Shown in pieces: positions 37,674 to 46,824 of a DNA stretch of 64,000 bases. The notes under the pieces are model-generated. The model was not told the origin of the DNA, did no database searches, and saw only the letters and a program-made list of their open reading frames with translations. This stretch comes from Collinsella sp. (GTDB lineage: Bacteria > Actinomycetota > Coriobacteriia > Coriobacteriales > Coriobacteriaceae). The position numbers were made by a program, and so were the translations under genes. The stretch covers positions 2,220-66,219 of the forward strand of contig DBFBKG010000145.1 of NCBI GenBank assembly GCA_048203815.1. Reading direction: 5' to 3'. How positions within the stretch are numbered: the first letter of the stretch is position 1; each line of letters begins with the position of its first letter.

Positions 37674-38591
37674 TTAGTTGGACTCGCCCACCAGGGCGCG
37701 GCAGAAATCTTTGGCGTTAAACTCCTGCAGGTCATCGACCTGCTCGCCCACGCCGATGCGTAGGATCGGGAGCTTGAGCTTCTCGGCCACGGCCATGGCG
37801 ATACCGCCCTTAGCCGTGCCGTCGAGCTTAGTCATGATAATACCGTCCAGGCCCAGCGCCTCGTTAAACTCGAGCGCCTGGTTCAGACCGTTCTGACCAG
37901 TGGCGGCATCGATCACAAGCACGACCGAGACCGGCATGGGACCGGCGGCCATATTGGCGGCGCGCTTACGGGTCACATTGACCACCTTGGCGAGCTCGCG
38001 CATGAGCTCGGGACTCGTGTGCAGACGGCCGGCGGTATCGATGAGCACCAGGTCGCTGCCGCGCTTATCGGCCTCGTCGAGCACGTCATAGCACACGCTC
38101 GCAGGATCGGAGCCGCGGTCACGCTTGATAACCGGTACGCCGGCACGCTGACCCCACACATCGAGCTGCTCGATAGCGGCGGCGCGGAAGGTGTCGGCCG
38201 AACCGATCACCACGTTCTTGCCGCGGGCGGCCATGGCGCTCGCAATCTTGCCGACCGTGGTGGTCTTGCCGGCGCCGTTGATACCGACAAACAGCACGCA
38301 GCTCGGCGTATCGGAAAACGGGTCGCGCTCAACAGGCACAAAATGGCCCTCGAGCTGCTCGGCCAGGGCGCGACGAAGCTGCGGGGCGGTCTTGAGGTTC
38401 TTCTTGGCGGCGGCGTCACGCAGGTCATCGGAGACCTGAATGGCGACCTCGGCGCCCATGTCACCCATGACGAGGGTGTCCTCAAGATCCTCCCAAAAAT
38501 CCTCGTCGACCTCACCGCCAAAGTAGAAGACCTCGTTGAGGGCCTCGCGGCTGCGCTCAAGTCCGCGCGAGAGTGCGTCAAAGAATCCCAT
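37674..38591 (-). CDS. ftsY: SRP receptor FtsY
   Basis: GINGAGKTTT, DTFRAAA, DTAGR, TKLDGTAKGG. Confidence 0.97.
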   Translation of the reverse strand: MGFFDALSRGLERSREALNEVFYFGGEVDEDFWEDLEDTLVMGDMGAEVAIQVSDDLRDAAAKKNLKTAPQLRRALAEQLEGHFVPVERDPFSDTPSCVLFVGINGAGKTTTVGKIASAMAARGKNVVIGSADTFRAAAIEQLDVWGQRAGVPVIKRDRGSDPASVCYDVLDEADKRGSDLVLIDTAGRLHTSPELMRELAKVVNVTRKRAANMAAGPMPVSVVLVIDAATGQNGLNQALEFNEALGLDGIIMTKLDGTAKGGIAMAVAEKLKLPILRIGVGEQVDDLQEFNAKDFCRALVGESN

Positions 38592-41500
38592 TATGCATTC
38601 ACGACCTTTCCGGTTTCGCGATCGAGTTTTTGCGAGACGACGCGACTGACGCCGTCGGCTTGCATCGAGACGCCGTAGAGAACGTCAGCATCCTCCATAG
38701 TACGGCGCTGATGCGAGATTACCAAGAGCTGCGTATCGGAACGCAGCACATCGAGAGCACCGATGAGCTTGGACAGGTTGGCGTCGTCGAGCGCGGCCTC
38801 GACCTCGTCCAGCACATAGAACGGCACCGTGCGCGTACGGTATACGGCAAAGAGCAGAGCGAGCGCCGTCAGGCTCTTCTCGCCACCGGACATGAGCATC
38901 ATCTTGGTGATACGCTTGCCGCGCGGCTGCGCCACGACCTCAATGCCCGTCTCGGCAGGATGCTCGGGATCGGTCATCTCAAGGTGAGCCTGACCACCCG
39001 GGAAGAGCATGGCGAAGATCTCGCGGAAGTTCGCGTCGACCTTCTCAAACGTCACCAGGAACGCCTTGCGCATCTTGCGGTCAATCGCCACGGTGATCTT
39101 GGTGAGCGCCTTGCGCGCGCTCTCCAGATCGGCCAGTTGCTCCTCGATGTAATCGGCGCGGCGCTTGAGCTGCTCGTACTCCTCCATGGCAACCTGGTTC
39201 ACGGGGCCCAGGTTGTTGATCTGGCGCACGAGTTGGTTGAGCTCGCGCTCGGCGGCGTCGCGGTCGGTGGGCGCCGGCAGCATGAGCGCTTCCTCGAGCA
39301 CCGTGGTACCGTCAGCGGTGATGGCCTTGATGGCAGCCTCGACCTGCACCTCGAGCTTGCCGCGCGCCACCTTGAACTCATTTTGCGTCGTGGCGGCAGC
39401 ATCGACCCTCTCTTTGGCGCGGGCGACCTCGGTCTTGGCGTCCTCGATGGTCTTCTTAAGCGAAGCCGAGTCCGCCTCCTCAAGCGTTGCCTGATCGCGC
39501 AGGCGCGCAGCCCAGTCCGAGGCGCGCTCCAACAGGGCAGAATAGCGCTCGTGCATGGGATCGACGCGAAGGCGCAGCAGCTCAAGCGAGCGCGAGGCCT
39601 GGCGTGTTCCGCGGATACGGCGGTCGATGCCCTCCAGGCGATGCTCCAGGTCGGGCACGCGGCCCCTCAGAGAACGAAGACGCTCGCTCGTCTGGGCCAG
39701 GCGCACCTTGGCGTCGGCGAGCTTACCGGCTGCCTCAGAATCGTCACGGCGCACGCGATCGAGCTCGTCGTTGGCCTCGGCAATCTGCAAGCCTAAGTCG
39801 CTCGCCTGCGCACGGGACTCGTCACGCGAACGAGTGAGTTCGTCCACGCGCGGACGTGCGGCACGAACGGCCTCTGCGGCCTGCTCGCGGCGCTTGGAAA
39901 TGCGCACGCGCTCGACCTCGGCATTGTTGGCACTCTGCTCCAGGCGGCCGATCTCAGAGAGCAGCGAGCGGCGCTCGCCCTCAAGACGGGCAATCTCGCC
40001 GGCGGCATCGCCCTCGGCGGCGCGCGCCTCCTCGACGGCCGCATTGGCCTCGACGACCTGATCAGAAACATGCTCAAACGCGGCAGTAAGATCGGGCTCC
40101 AGGCCCTCCAGCTCGCGGATACGACGCTTGCGCTCCAGAGCGCCCGAAGCCTCGCCGGCATCAAGCCCCACGCGAACCAGGCCGCCGCAGGCAACACGTG
40201 CGCCATCGGGAGTCACATAGGTCACGCCATCAACGACCGGCGCGGACAGCGCACAAGGCAAGTCATCGACCACGTAATAGCCGCCAAGCAAGGCCTCGAC
40301 GACCGGACCGTAGCCGGCACGCACGGACAGGCGATCAACAAGACGGGTACCGGCGGCGCCCTCGGCGGCCGCAGAGCCGCTCACACTGCGCGCCACCAGC
40401 AGCGCCTCACCCGAGGCCTTCTTCTGGTCCAGGGCAGCGCGACCGGCACGCTCAAGTGCGGCAGCGTTATCGAACAGCAGGGCATCGATATCGCCGGCGA
40501 GCAGCTGCTCAACCAGGCCCTCAAGCTCACGCGGTGCCTCGAGTACATCGCCCAGACGGCCCGAGACATCGTCGCCCAGCGCGCCCACCAGACGGCTTAC
40601 GAGCGACGAGCTGTCGGCCATGCGGGCATCGAGCTTCTTTTGGCTCGCGAGCTCTGAGCGCACCTCAGACAGCTTGTTGCGCGCCTCGCCCTCGCGGGCA
40701 CGCAGGTCCTTGAGGGCAGCGCGTGCCGTCTCGGTGGCCTCGCGTGCATCGCTTTGGGCCTGACGGGCCGCCTCAAGGGCGCTCTCAAGCTCCTCAGCAC
40801 GGTCGCGGCGGCTATCAAGCGATGCCGTGACCTCCTCGAGCTGTTCATCGATCTGCTCCAGGCGCGAGGCATACATGTTGTCCTCGACCTCGGCGTTGCT
40901 CAGCGAGTCCTTCACCTTGGCGAGCTCGAGCGCAGCATTATCGGCAACGCGCTGCACATCGCGCTGTTCGCGCGTGAGCTGCGAAATCTGATTGTCGAGC
41001 GCAACGCGACGCTCGTGGAGCTCGGCGGCGGCAGGACCAGCGGCGTCAACGTCCTCCTGGGCCTGCATATGCGCGCCGGTCACTTCCTCGAGCTGAGCAC
41101 GTGCGTCCTCGAGCTCCTCGACCACGCGACGGCGCTGATGCTCGGAGCTCGAGATCTGGCCACGCATGTCGGACAGGCGCGACACCATGTTATGGCCCTT
41201 TTCCTCGAGCAGGCGCATATCGGAGTTAATGCGACCGACCACGTCTTGCATATGACGGCGCTGCTCGCCCAAGTCGCCCACAAACAGGCCCTTTTCCTCG
41301 AGCATAACTTGGAGCTTCTCGAGCTCGCGCTCCTTTTCACCCAAGCGGTATTGCGCGAGCTCAAGCTCGGCAGCGCCCTCCTTGGAGCGGCTCTCCAGGT
41401 CGTTCCACTGCGATTGCAGTGAACGCAGCTCATCAACGGCCAGCATCTGCGTAAGCTCGTTCGCGCGCGAGGACAGCTCTTTGTACTTGCGCGCGCGATC

Positions 41501-42127
41501 GACCTGACGCTCCAGCGGCCGCAGCTGACGGGCGATCTCCTTATTGATGTCGCGGGCACGGGTCAGGTGCTCGTCCATCGACTTGATCTTTTTGAGCGCA
41601 CGCTCCTTGCGACGCTTGTGCTTGGAGATACCGGCGGCCTCCTCAATGAGGGCACGGCGCTCCTCGGGGCGGCTCTGCAAAATGGCATCGAGCTTGCCCT
41701 GGCTGATGATGGAATGCGTATCCTTGCCCAGTCCCGAATCGTGCAGGATATCCTGGATGTCCATCAGGCGGCACGGGCTCGAATTGATGAGGTACTCACT
41801 CTCGCCCGAGCGATACATGCGGCGGGTGATAGCCACCTCGTCAAAGTCGACGGGAAGCATATGGTCCGAGTTATCGAGCACCAGCGTGACCTCGGCGACA
41901 CCCACCGGCTTGCGCGCCGACGAGCCCGAGAAGATGACGTCCTCCATGGCCTGGCCGCGCAACTGCTTGGCGCTCTGCTCGCCCAGGACCCACAGAATCG
42001 AGTCGGAGATGTTCGATTTTCCCGAGCCGTTGGGACCGACGATGACGGTCAGGCCCGGCTCAAACGTCATATGGGCGCGGTCGGCAAACGACTTGAACCC
42101 TTTGAGCGTGAGGGACTTGAGATACAC
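38591..42127 (-). CDS. smc: Chromosome segregation protein SMC
   Basis: GFKSF, GPNGSGKSN, coiled coils and hinge, MSGGE, LDEVEAALD. Confidence 0.97.
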   Translation of the reverse strand: MYLKSLTLKGFKSFADRAHMTFEPGLTVIVGPNGSGKSNISDSILWVLGEQSAKQLRGQAMEDVIFSGSSARKPVGVAEVTLVLDNSDHMLPVDFDEVAITRRMYRSGESEYLINSSPCRLMDIQDILHDSGLGKDTHSIISQGKLDAILQSRPEERRALIEEAAGISKHKRRKERALKKIKSMDEHLTRARDINKEIARQLRPLERQVDRARKYKELSSRANELTQMLAVDELRSLQSQWNDLESRSKEGAAELELAQYRLGEKERELEKLQVMLEEKGLFVGDLGEQRRHMQDVVGRINSDMRLLEEKGHNMVSRLSDMRGQISSSEHQRRRVVEELEDARAQLEEVTGAHMQAQEDVDAAGPAAAELHERRVALDNQISQLTREQRDVQRVADNAALELAKVKDSLSNAEVEDNMYASRLEQIDEQLEEVTASLDSRRDRAEELESALEAARQAQSDAREATETARAALKDLRAREGEARNKLSEVRSELASQKKLDARMADSSSLVSRLVGALGDDVSGRLGDVLEAPRELEGLVEQLLAGDIDALLFDNAAALERAGRAALDQKKASGEALLVARSVSGSAAAEGAAGTRLVDRLSVRAGYGPVVEALLGGYYVVDDLPCALSAPVVDGVTYVTPDGARVACGGLVRVGLDAGEASGALERKRRIRELEGLEPDLTAAFEHVSDQVVEANAAVEEARAAEGDAAGEIARLEGERRSLLSEIGRLEQSANNAEVERVRISKRREQAAEAVRAARPRVDELTRSRDESRAQASDLGLQIAEANDELDRVRRDDSEAAGKLADAKVRLAQTSERLRSLRGRVPDLEHRLEGIDRRIRGTRQASRSLELLRLRVDPMHERYSALLERASDWAARLRDQATLEEADSASLKKTIEDAKTEVARAKERVDAAATTQNEFKVARGKLEVQVEAAIKAITADGTTVLEEALMLPAPTDRDAAERELNQLVRQINNLGPVNQVAMEEYEQLKRRADYIEEQLADLESARKALTKITVAIDRKMRKAFLVTFEKVDANFREIFAMLFPGGQAHLEMTDPEHPAETGIEVVAQPRGKRITKMMLMSGGEKSLTALALLFAVYRTRTVPFYVLDEVEAALDDANLSKLIGALDVLRSDTQLLVISHQRRTMEDADVLYGVSMQADGVSRVVSQKLDRETGKVVNA

Positions 42128-42137
42128 GGTTCCTCGC

Positions 42138-42863
42138 TTAAACAGGCTTCTTGTTGAGAATCACGCCGTTGGTGGTGTAGCCCATGCGGTCGAGTGCCTC
42201 AAGCGCAGCGGCTCCCTCGGCCTCCTTCTTGGAGGAACCGGTGCCGCGGCCCTGGCGGATACCGTCGATGAGCACCACGGCGGTAAAGGTCGGTGCGTGC
42301 GCCGGCCCCTCAGAGCCAACGAGCTTGTACGCCGGAGGCTCGTGGCCGTCGGCCTGCACGCACTCCTGCAAAAACGACTTGGGGTTCGCAGGATGCTCGG
42401 CACGCTCGGAAGCCAGGTGCGGCTTAAGCGTGCGGTGGATGAACTCCGCCGCAACGTCCCAGCCGGCATCCAGGTACAGGGCACCCACGAGCGACTCGTA
42501 GACGTTCTCGAGCGCCGAATGCAGGCCGCGCGCGCCCGTGCCGGTCTCAGAGGCACCAAAGATGATGATGTCGTCGATGCCCAGCTCATGAGACACCTCG
42601 GACAGCGTGGCACCCGAGACGAGCGACACCTTCAGGCGCGTAAGCTTGCCCTCGTCAAACTCCGGATAGGACTCGAAGAGCGAGCGGGCAACCACGGCAC
42701 CCAAAATGGAATCGCCCAAAAACTCAAGGCGCTCATAGCTCGCCGAGACGGGCTGACCTTCCACGGCAGAGGGGTGCGTAAGCGCCGCGCGCAGCAGCAC
42801 CTTGTTATTGAACTCGTGGCCCAGGATTTCCTGGGCGCGCGCGAGTCGTTGAGATAAAGCCAA
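42138..42863 (-). CDS. rnc: Ribonuclease III
   Basis: ALTHPS, YERLEFLGDS, dsRBD (KSFLQE..SKKEAE). Confidence 0.97.
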   Translation of the reverse strand: MALSQRLARAQEILGHEFNNKVLLRAALTHPSAVEGQPVSASYERLEFLGDSILGAVVARSLFESYPEFDEGKLTRLKVSLVSGATLSEVSHELGIDDIIIFGASETGTGARGLHSALENVYESLVGALYLDAGWDVAAEFIHRTLKPHLASERAEHPANPKSFLQECVQADGHEPPAYKLVGSEGPAHAPTFTAVVLIDGIRQGRGTGSSKKEAEGAAALEALDRMGYTTNGVILNKKPV

Positions 42864-42866
42864 GAC

Positions 42867-43109
42867 TTAGGCCTCCTTGGCGTTTTCAATAGCGTCGACA
42901 GCGTCGGCGACAGAGTTGAGCGACAGCAGGGTCTCGTCATCGATCTCGAGGTCGAACTCGTCCTCGATGGCCGTCACCAGCTGCAGACGCTCGAGCGAAT
43001 CGGCATCGAGATCGTCAAAGGTAGTCTCGTCGCTAATGTCAGCGACATCGACGCCCAGAACGTCAGCGGCGACTTCGGCGATCTTATCGAAGATTTCGGA
43101 GCGGTCCAT
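42867..43109 (-). CDS. acpP: Acyl carrier protein
   Basis: DLDADSL phosphopantetheine motif, acidic, 80 aa. Confidence 0.92.
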   Translation of the reverse strand: MDRSEIFDKIAEVAADVLGVDVADISDETTFDDLDADSLERLQLVTAIEDEFDLEIDDETLLSLNSVADAVDAIENAKEA

Positions 43110-43233
43110 AGCGCTTCCTCTCATATTGCGTGAACATCAACGAGCTGGCGCCGCAAGCGCAGCGCCAAGACACGGTTTTGATTCTACCCCACGACGAAGG
43201 CCGCGAGGCACATAACAGCGCTCTAACTCGCTC

Positions 43234-44253
43234 CTACAAAACGATGCCGTCCATAGAGTTGGCGACGTTCTCGACCAGCCCGGCGCGCACGGCCTCCGCC
43301 GCGGCGAGCGTACCGTTTTTGACGGCCTCGACCGAGGTGGCACCGTGGCCAATCAGGACCACGCCACGCAGGCCCAGCAGAATGGCGCCGCCCTTAGCAT
43401 CGCCCGAGAGCTTTGCCTTGATCTCGCGCATCTGCTTTTTGATGAGCAGCGCGGCAATCTTGGTGCCGAGCGAAGCCATAAAGGCACCCTTGAGCTCTTG
43501 CAGCAAAAACTTAGCGGCGCCCTCGGTTGCCTTAAGCGCGATGTTGCCCGACATGCCATCGGCAACGACGACGTCAAAGTTGCCCGAGGTCAGGTCGGTA
43601 CCCTCGCAGTTGCCCGCAAAGCCGGGAACGGCGGCCTTCATGGCCGGGAAGCACGCCTTGGTAAAGTTGGAGCCCTTCTCATCCTCGGTGCCGTTGCCGA
43701 GCAGACCGACTCGGGGATGCTCAATGCCCAAGACGACGCGCGCATAGGCACTACCCATCTGGGCAAACCGTACCATGTCATCGACCTCGACATCGGGGTT
43801 GGCACCCATGTCGCACAGGACCGTCAGGCCGCCGGCGCGGTTGGGCAGTGCATTGGTGAGGCACGGACGCACCGGCTGCTTCTTGCCCTCGGCCTGATAC
43901 CTAAATGGCGTCACGTAGGCGGTAGCGGCAGCGGTCATGGCACCGGTGGAGCCGGCAGAGAAGAACGCATCCGCGTTACCCTTCTTGATAGCACGGCAGG
44001 CAAGTACGATCGAGGACTTACGCTTGGTCATCACGGCTCGAATGGGATCGTCATCCATGGCGATGACATCGGGCGCCTCCAAGGCCTCAACGCGAGCGTG
44101 AGCCGCGGCAAAGGGGTTCACGATCTCTGCGGGACCGACGGCCAAGACCTCGATATCGGGATCCGCCGCAAGCGCCGCCTCGATACCGTCGAGGACAACC
44201 TGAGGCTTCTCGTCTCCACCCACAACGTCTACACAAACGCGAACGTTACTCAT
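43234..44253 (-). CDS. plsX: Phosphate acyltransferase PlsX
   Basis: VDVVGGD, SAGSTGA, DMGAN, NGTEDEKG, ADGMSGN, IGHG. Confidence 0.95.
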   Translation of the reverse strand: MSNVRVCVDVVGGDEKPQVVLDGIEAALAADPDIEVLAVGPAEIVNPFAAAHARVEALEAPDVIAMDDDPIRAVMTKRKSSIVLACRAIKKGNADAFFSAGSTGAMTAAATAYVTPFRYQAEGKKQPVRPCLTNALPNRAGGLTVLCDMGANPDVEVDDMVRFAQMGSAYARVVLGIEHPRVGLLGNGTEDEKGSNFTKACFPAMKAAVPGFAGNCEGTDLTSGNFDVVVADGMSGNIALKATEGAAKFLLQELKGAFMASLGTKIAALLIKKQMREIKAKLSGDAKGGAILLGLRGVVLIGHGATSVEAVKNGTLAAAEAVRAGLVENVANSMDGIVL

Positions 44254-44270
44254 ATACATGCTCCTTATAC

Positions 44271-44300
44271 AAAAATGGCCGACTCATTGAGCCGGCCATT
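44271..44300 (-). terminator. Terminator-like hairpin after rpmF
   Basis: AATGGCCG/CGGCCATT stem with a T-tract on the minus strand. Confidence 0.6.
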
Positions 44301-44340
44301 GTGGTTCCAGTTGGAACGGCATCGCATCCAGAGTATACAG

Positions 44341-44520
44341 TTACTCGGTAACGATGACCTCGCGGTCCTTGTAGAAACCGCAGCTGGGGCACACGTGGTG
44401 CGGGAGCTTGACAGCACCGCAACGGGGGCACGTGGACTGAGCCGCAGCCGAAATCTTCATGTTGGCGGAACGGCGGGTGTGAGTGCGGATACGACCCTGC
44501 TTTTGTTTAGGTACGGGCAT
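44341..44520 (-). CDS. rpmF: 50S ribosomal protein L32 (59 aa, absent from the ORF track)
   Basis: Hand translation MPVPKQKQGRIRTHTRRSANMKISAAAQSTCPRCGAVKLPHHVCPSCGFYKDREVIVTE; yceD-rpmF-plsX synteny. Confidence 0.96.
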   Translation of the reverse strand: MPVPKQKQGRIRTHTRRSANMKISAAAQSTCPRCGAVKLPHHVCPSCGFYKDREVIVTE

Positions 44521-44584
44521 AGTGACCTTCCTTATGAACTATCCAGTGTGGCGATTACGCGCAAGTAGCGATACTACCACAGTT

Positions 44585-45139
44585 TTACTCGTCAAGCTTG
44601 AGATTCTTCAATGCTGCAAATGGATTTTCCGTGGCAGCGGCCCATTCGGCCTCTGCTTGAGCGGCGCAATCGCATTGCTCGACGTTGAGATTGATGCCGC
44701 AGGTGGGGCACAGGCCGCGACAATCGGGCTTGCACAGGACAACGAACGGCGTGTCAATGACGACCGCGTCGTTGATGGGCTCGCCCAGATCGACGATGCG
44801 ATCCTCGCCCAGCAGCTCGTAGCCGTCTTCGTAGGCCTCGGGGTCCTCGGGCTCGTTAAAGAGATAGAATTCCTCAATCTCACCGGCGATATCAAACGAA
44901 GCGGGCTCCAGGCAACGGTCGCACTCACCGGTTGCATGCGCGCGGACCATGCCCGTAAGCAGAACACCGGTGCCGGCATTGGTAAAGACCACGTCGTAGT
45001 CAATGCCGTCCTGCAGCTGGTACTCCTTCTCGCCCACCGTATAGGCGGTGACATCGACCTTGCCGGTCAGCGGATACGAGTCTCCGGGAAACTCGAGCTG
45101 CTCGGAAAGATCGACGGTAACGTTCGGGAACTCAGCCAT
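44585..45139 (-). CDS. YceD/DUF177 family protein
   Basis: ECDRCL, LCKPDCRGLCPTCG.NLN, PFAAL. Confidence 0.93.
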   Translation of the reverse strand: MAEFPNVTVDLSEQLEFPGDSYPLTGKVDVTAYTVGEKEYQLQDGIDYDVVFTNAGTGVLLTGMVRAHATGECDRCLEPASFDIAGEIEEFYLFNEPEDPEAYEDGYELLGEDRIVDLGEPINDAVVIDTPFVVLCKPDCRGLCPTCGINLNVEQCDCAAQAEAEWAAATENPFAALKNLKLDE

Positions 45140-45636
45140 TACCACTGACCATTCTGCTGGGCGGCACCCTCGTTAAGCTGCTGGCGACAACGGGTGACGG
45201 TGCCGGTCAGGCTCTTGAGGTTCTCCTCGAGGTGCGTAAAGACCTGCTCGGCGTAGTCCTCGGCGGCATAGCGCGTCTCGCGCTCGTACTGCTGGGCACG
45301 GTCGCGAATGTCGTCGGCCTGCTGCTGCGCTAAGCGGACGATCTCCTGCTCACCAGCAATGGTGAGGGCCTGCTGTTGAGCATCGGCGATGATGGAATCG
45401 GCCTGAGCGGCGGCGGAAGCCATAAGCTCCTCGCGCTCCTTGAGGATACGGCGGGACTTCTGCCATTCCTCGGGATAGCTCATGCGGATCTCGTCGAGGA
45501 TGTTAAAGAAGACGTCGGCGTCGATAACCTTCATCTGGGCGTTCTTGCCGAACGGCGTCTTAGCCTCTTCGATGAGCCCCTCGAGCTCGTCGACAAGACT
45601 CACGATCCTGTCGCCAGGAAAATTCTCGCCCGGCAT
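45139..45636 (-). CDS. DivIVA-related coiled-coil protein (SepIVA-like)
   Basis: LVDELEGLIEEAKTPF...ILDEIRMSYPEE; coaD-sepIVA-yceD synteny. Confidence 0.8.
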   Translation of the reverse strand: MPGENFPGDRIVSLVDELEGLIEEAKTPFGKNAQMKVIDADVFFNILDEIRMSYPEEWQKSRRILKEREELMASAAAQADSIIADAQQQALTIAGEQEIVRLAQQQADDIRDRAQQYERETRYAAEDYAEQVFTHLEENLKSLTGTVTRCRQQLNEGAAQQNGQW

Positions 45637-45704
45637 CCGGTCTCCTTTCATAGGTAACATATCATCGTGTTAGTTTACCACATGCCACCAGGCATTAAAA
45701 AACG

Positions 45705-46202
45705 TCACGAAAAGCGATGTTTGAGCGCCTTGACCACATTGGACGGAACAAAATTAGAGACGTCGCTACCGAGCGAGGCAATCTGGCGAACCACCGAGCT
45801 CGAGATATAGCCGTACTGCGGCGCACTCATGACAAAGATGGACTCCAGCTCGTTATCCAGGCGGTAGTTAAGGTCGGCCTGCTGCAGCTCGTACTCAAAG
45901 TCGGTCATGGCACGCAGACCCTTGACCACGGCTCCTGCCCCCTGTTCGCGGGCAAAATCGACCAAGAGGCCGGTGAAGGGCAGCACCTCGACGCCGTCAA
46001 TATCACCGAGCGCTTCACGGGCAAGCGCCACGCGCTCGTCGAGCCTAAACGTGGTGCCGACGCCGTTTTTTCCCTGCGACTCGGCAACGGCAACGATCAC
46101 GCTGGGAAAGATGCGGCGGGCGCGGCGGATGACATCGATATGGCCAAACGTGATGGGATCGAAGGTGCCCGGGACGATTACGCGGTTAATGGTGTCACTC
46201 AT
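45705..46202 (-). CDS. coaD: Phosphopantetheine adenylyltransferase
   Basis: PGTFDPITFGH, KGLRAMTDFEYE, ISSS. Confidence 0.96.
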   Translation of the reverse strand: MSDTINRVIVPGTFDPITFGHIDVIRRARRIFPSVIVAVAESQGKNGVGTTFRLDERVALAREALGDIDGVEVLPFTGLLVDFAREQGAGAVVKGLRAMTDFEYELQQADLNYRLDNELESIFVMSAPQYGYISSSVVRQIASLGSDVSNFVPSNVVKALKHRFS

Positions 46203-46824
46203 GGGCATCCTCCGTGGGTGCGTCGCTATCGTTGCCATCATCCTCGCCGTTGCCAACCCAGCGCAGCAAGTCAACCGAGGTTATGCCGTAACGCTTCTCG
46301 CGCACGGTCTCAAAGCCTGCCGGATGTGCGCCCGTATCGGCCGCGGCGTGCTCAAAGAGCGCGTAAGCGCCCTGCGCCAGTAAGCATTGCTGAGCTAGGT
46401 TTTGCAGCAGCTCCACGACCGGCTCGGCGCCAAAAGCATAGGGCGGGTCGAGCAGAACCAGGTCAAAGGGACCGCCCGGCACGCGGGCGCGCGAAGCGCT
46501 TGCCAGCACGTCGCCCGTCACCACGCGCCAGCGTGCACGGTCGCGGCAGAGCGACTCGATATTCTTGATAATCAGACGAGCAGCGTTGCGATCGATCTCG
46601 AACGTGGTGAGCGAGCGAGCACCGCGCGAGAGCATCTCGATGCCCAAGGCGCCGGAGCCGCCAAAGGCATCCAGCACGCGGACCTCGTCCAGATCGAAGT
46701 CGAATGCCGACATGACCATAGATGCGCACGCCTCGCGCACGCGATCGGTCGTGGGGCGGGTGACATCGCGACCACGGGGCTCCTCGATCTTACGACCGCG
46801 CCATTCGCCGCCGATGATTCTCAT
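46195..46824 (-). CDS. rsmD: 16S rRNA m2G966 methyltransferase
   Basis: MRIIGG, TRPTTDRVRE, LDAFGGSGALG, DPPY. Confidence 0.94.
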   Translation of the reverse strand: MRIIGGEWRGRKIEEPRGRDVTRPTTDRVREACASMVMSAFDFDLDEVRVLDAFGGSGALGIEMLSRGARSLTTFEIDRNAARLIIKNIESLCRDRARWRVVTGDVLASASRARVPGGPFDLVLLDPPYAFGAEPVVELLQNLAQQCLLAQGAYALFEHAAADTGAHPAGFETVREKRYGITSVDLLRWVGNGEDDGNDSDAPTEDAHE

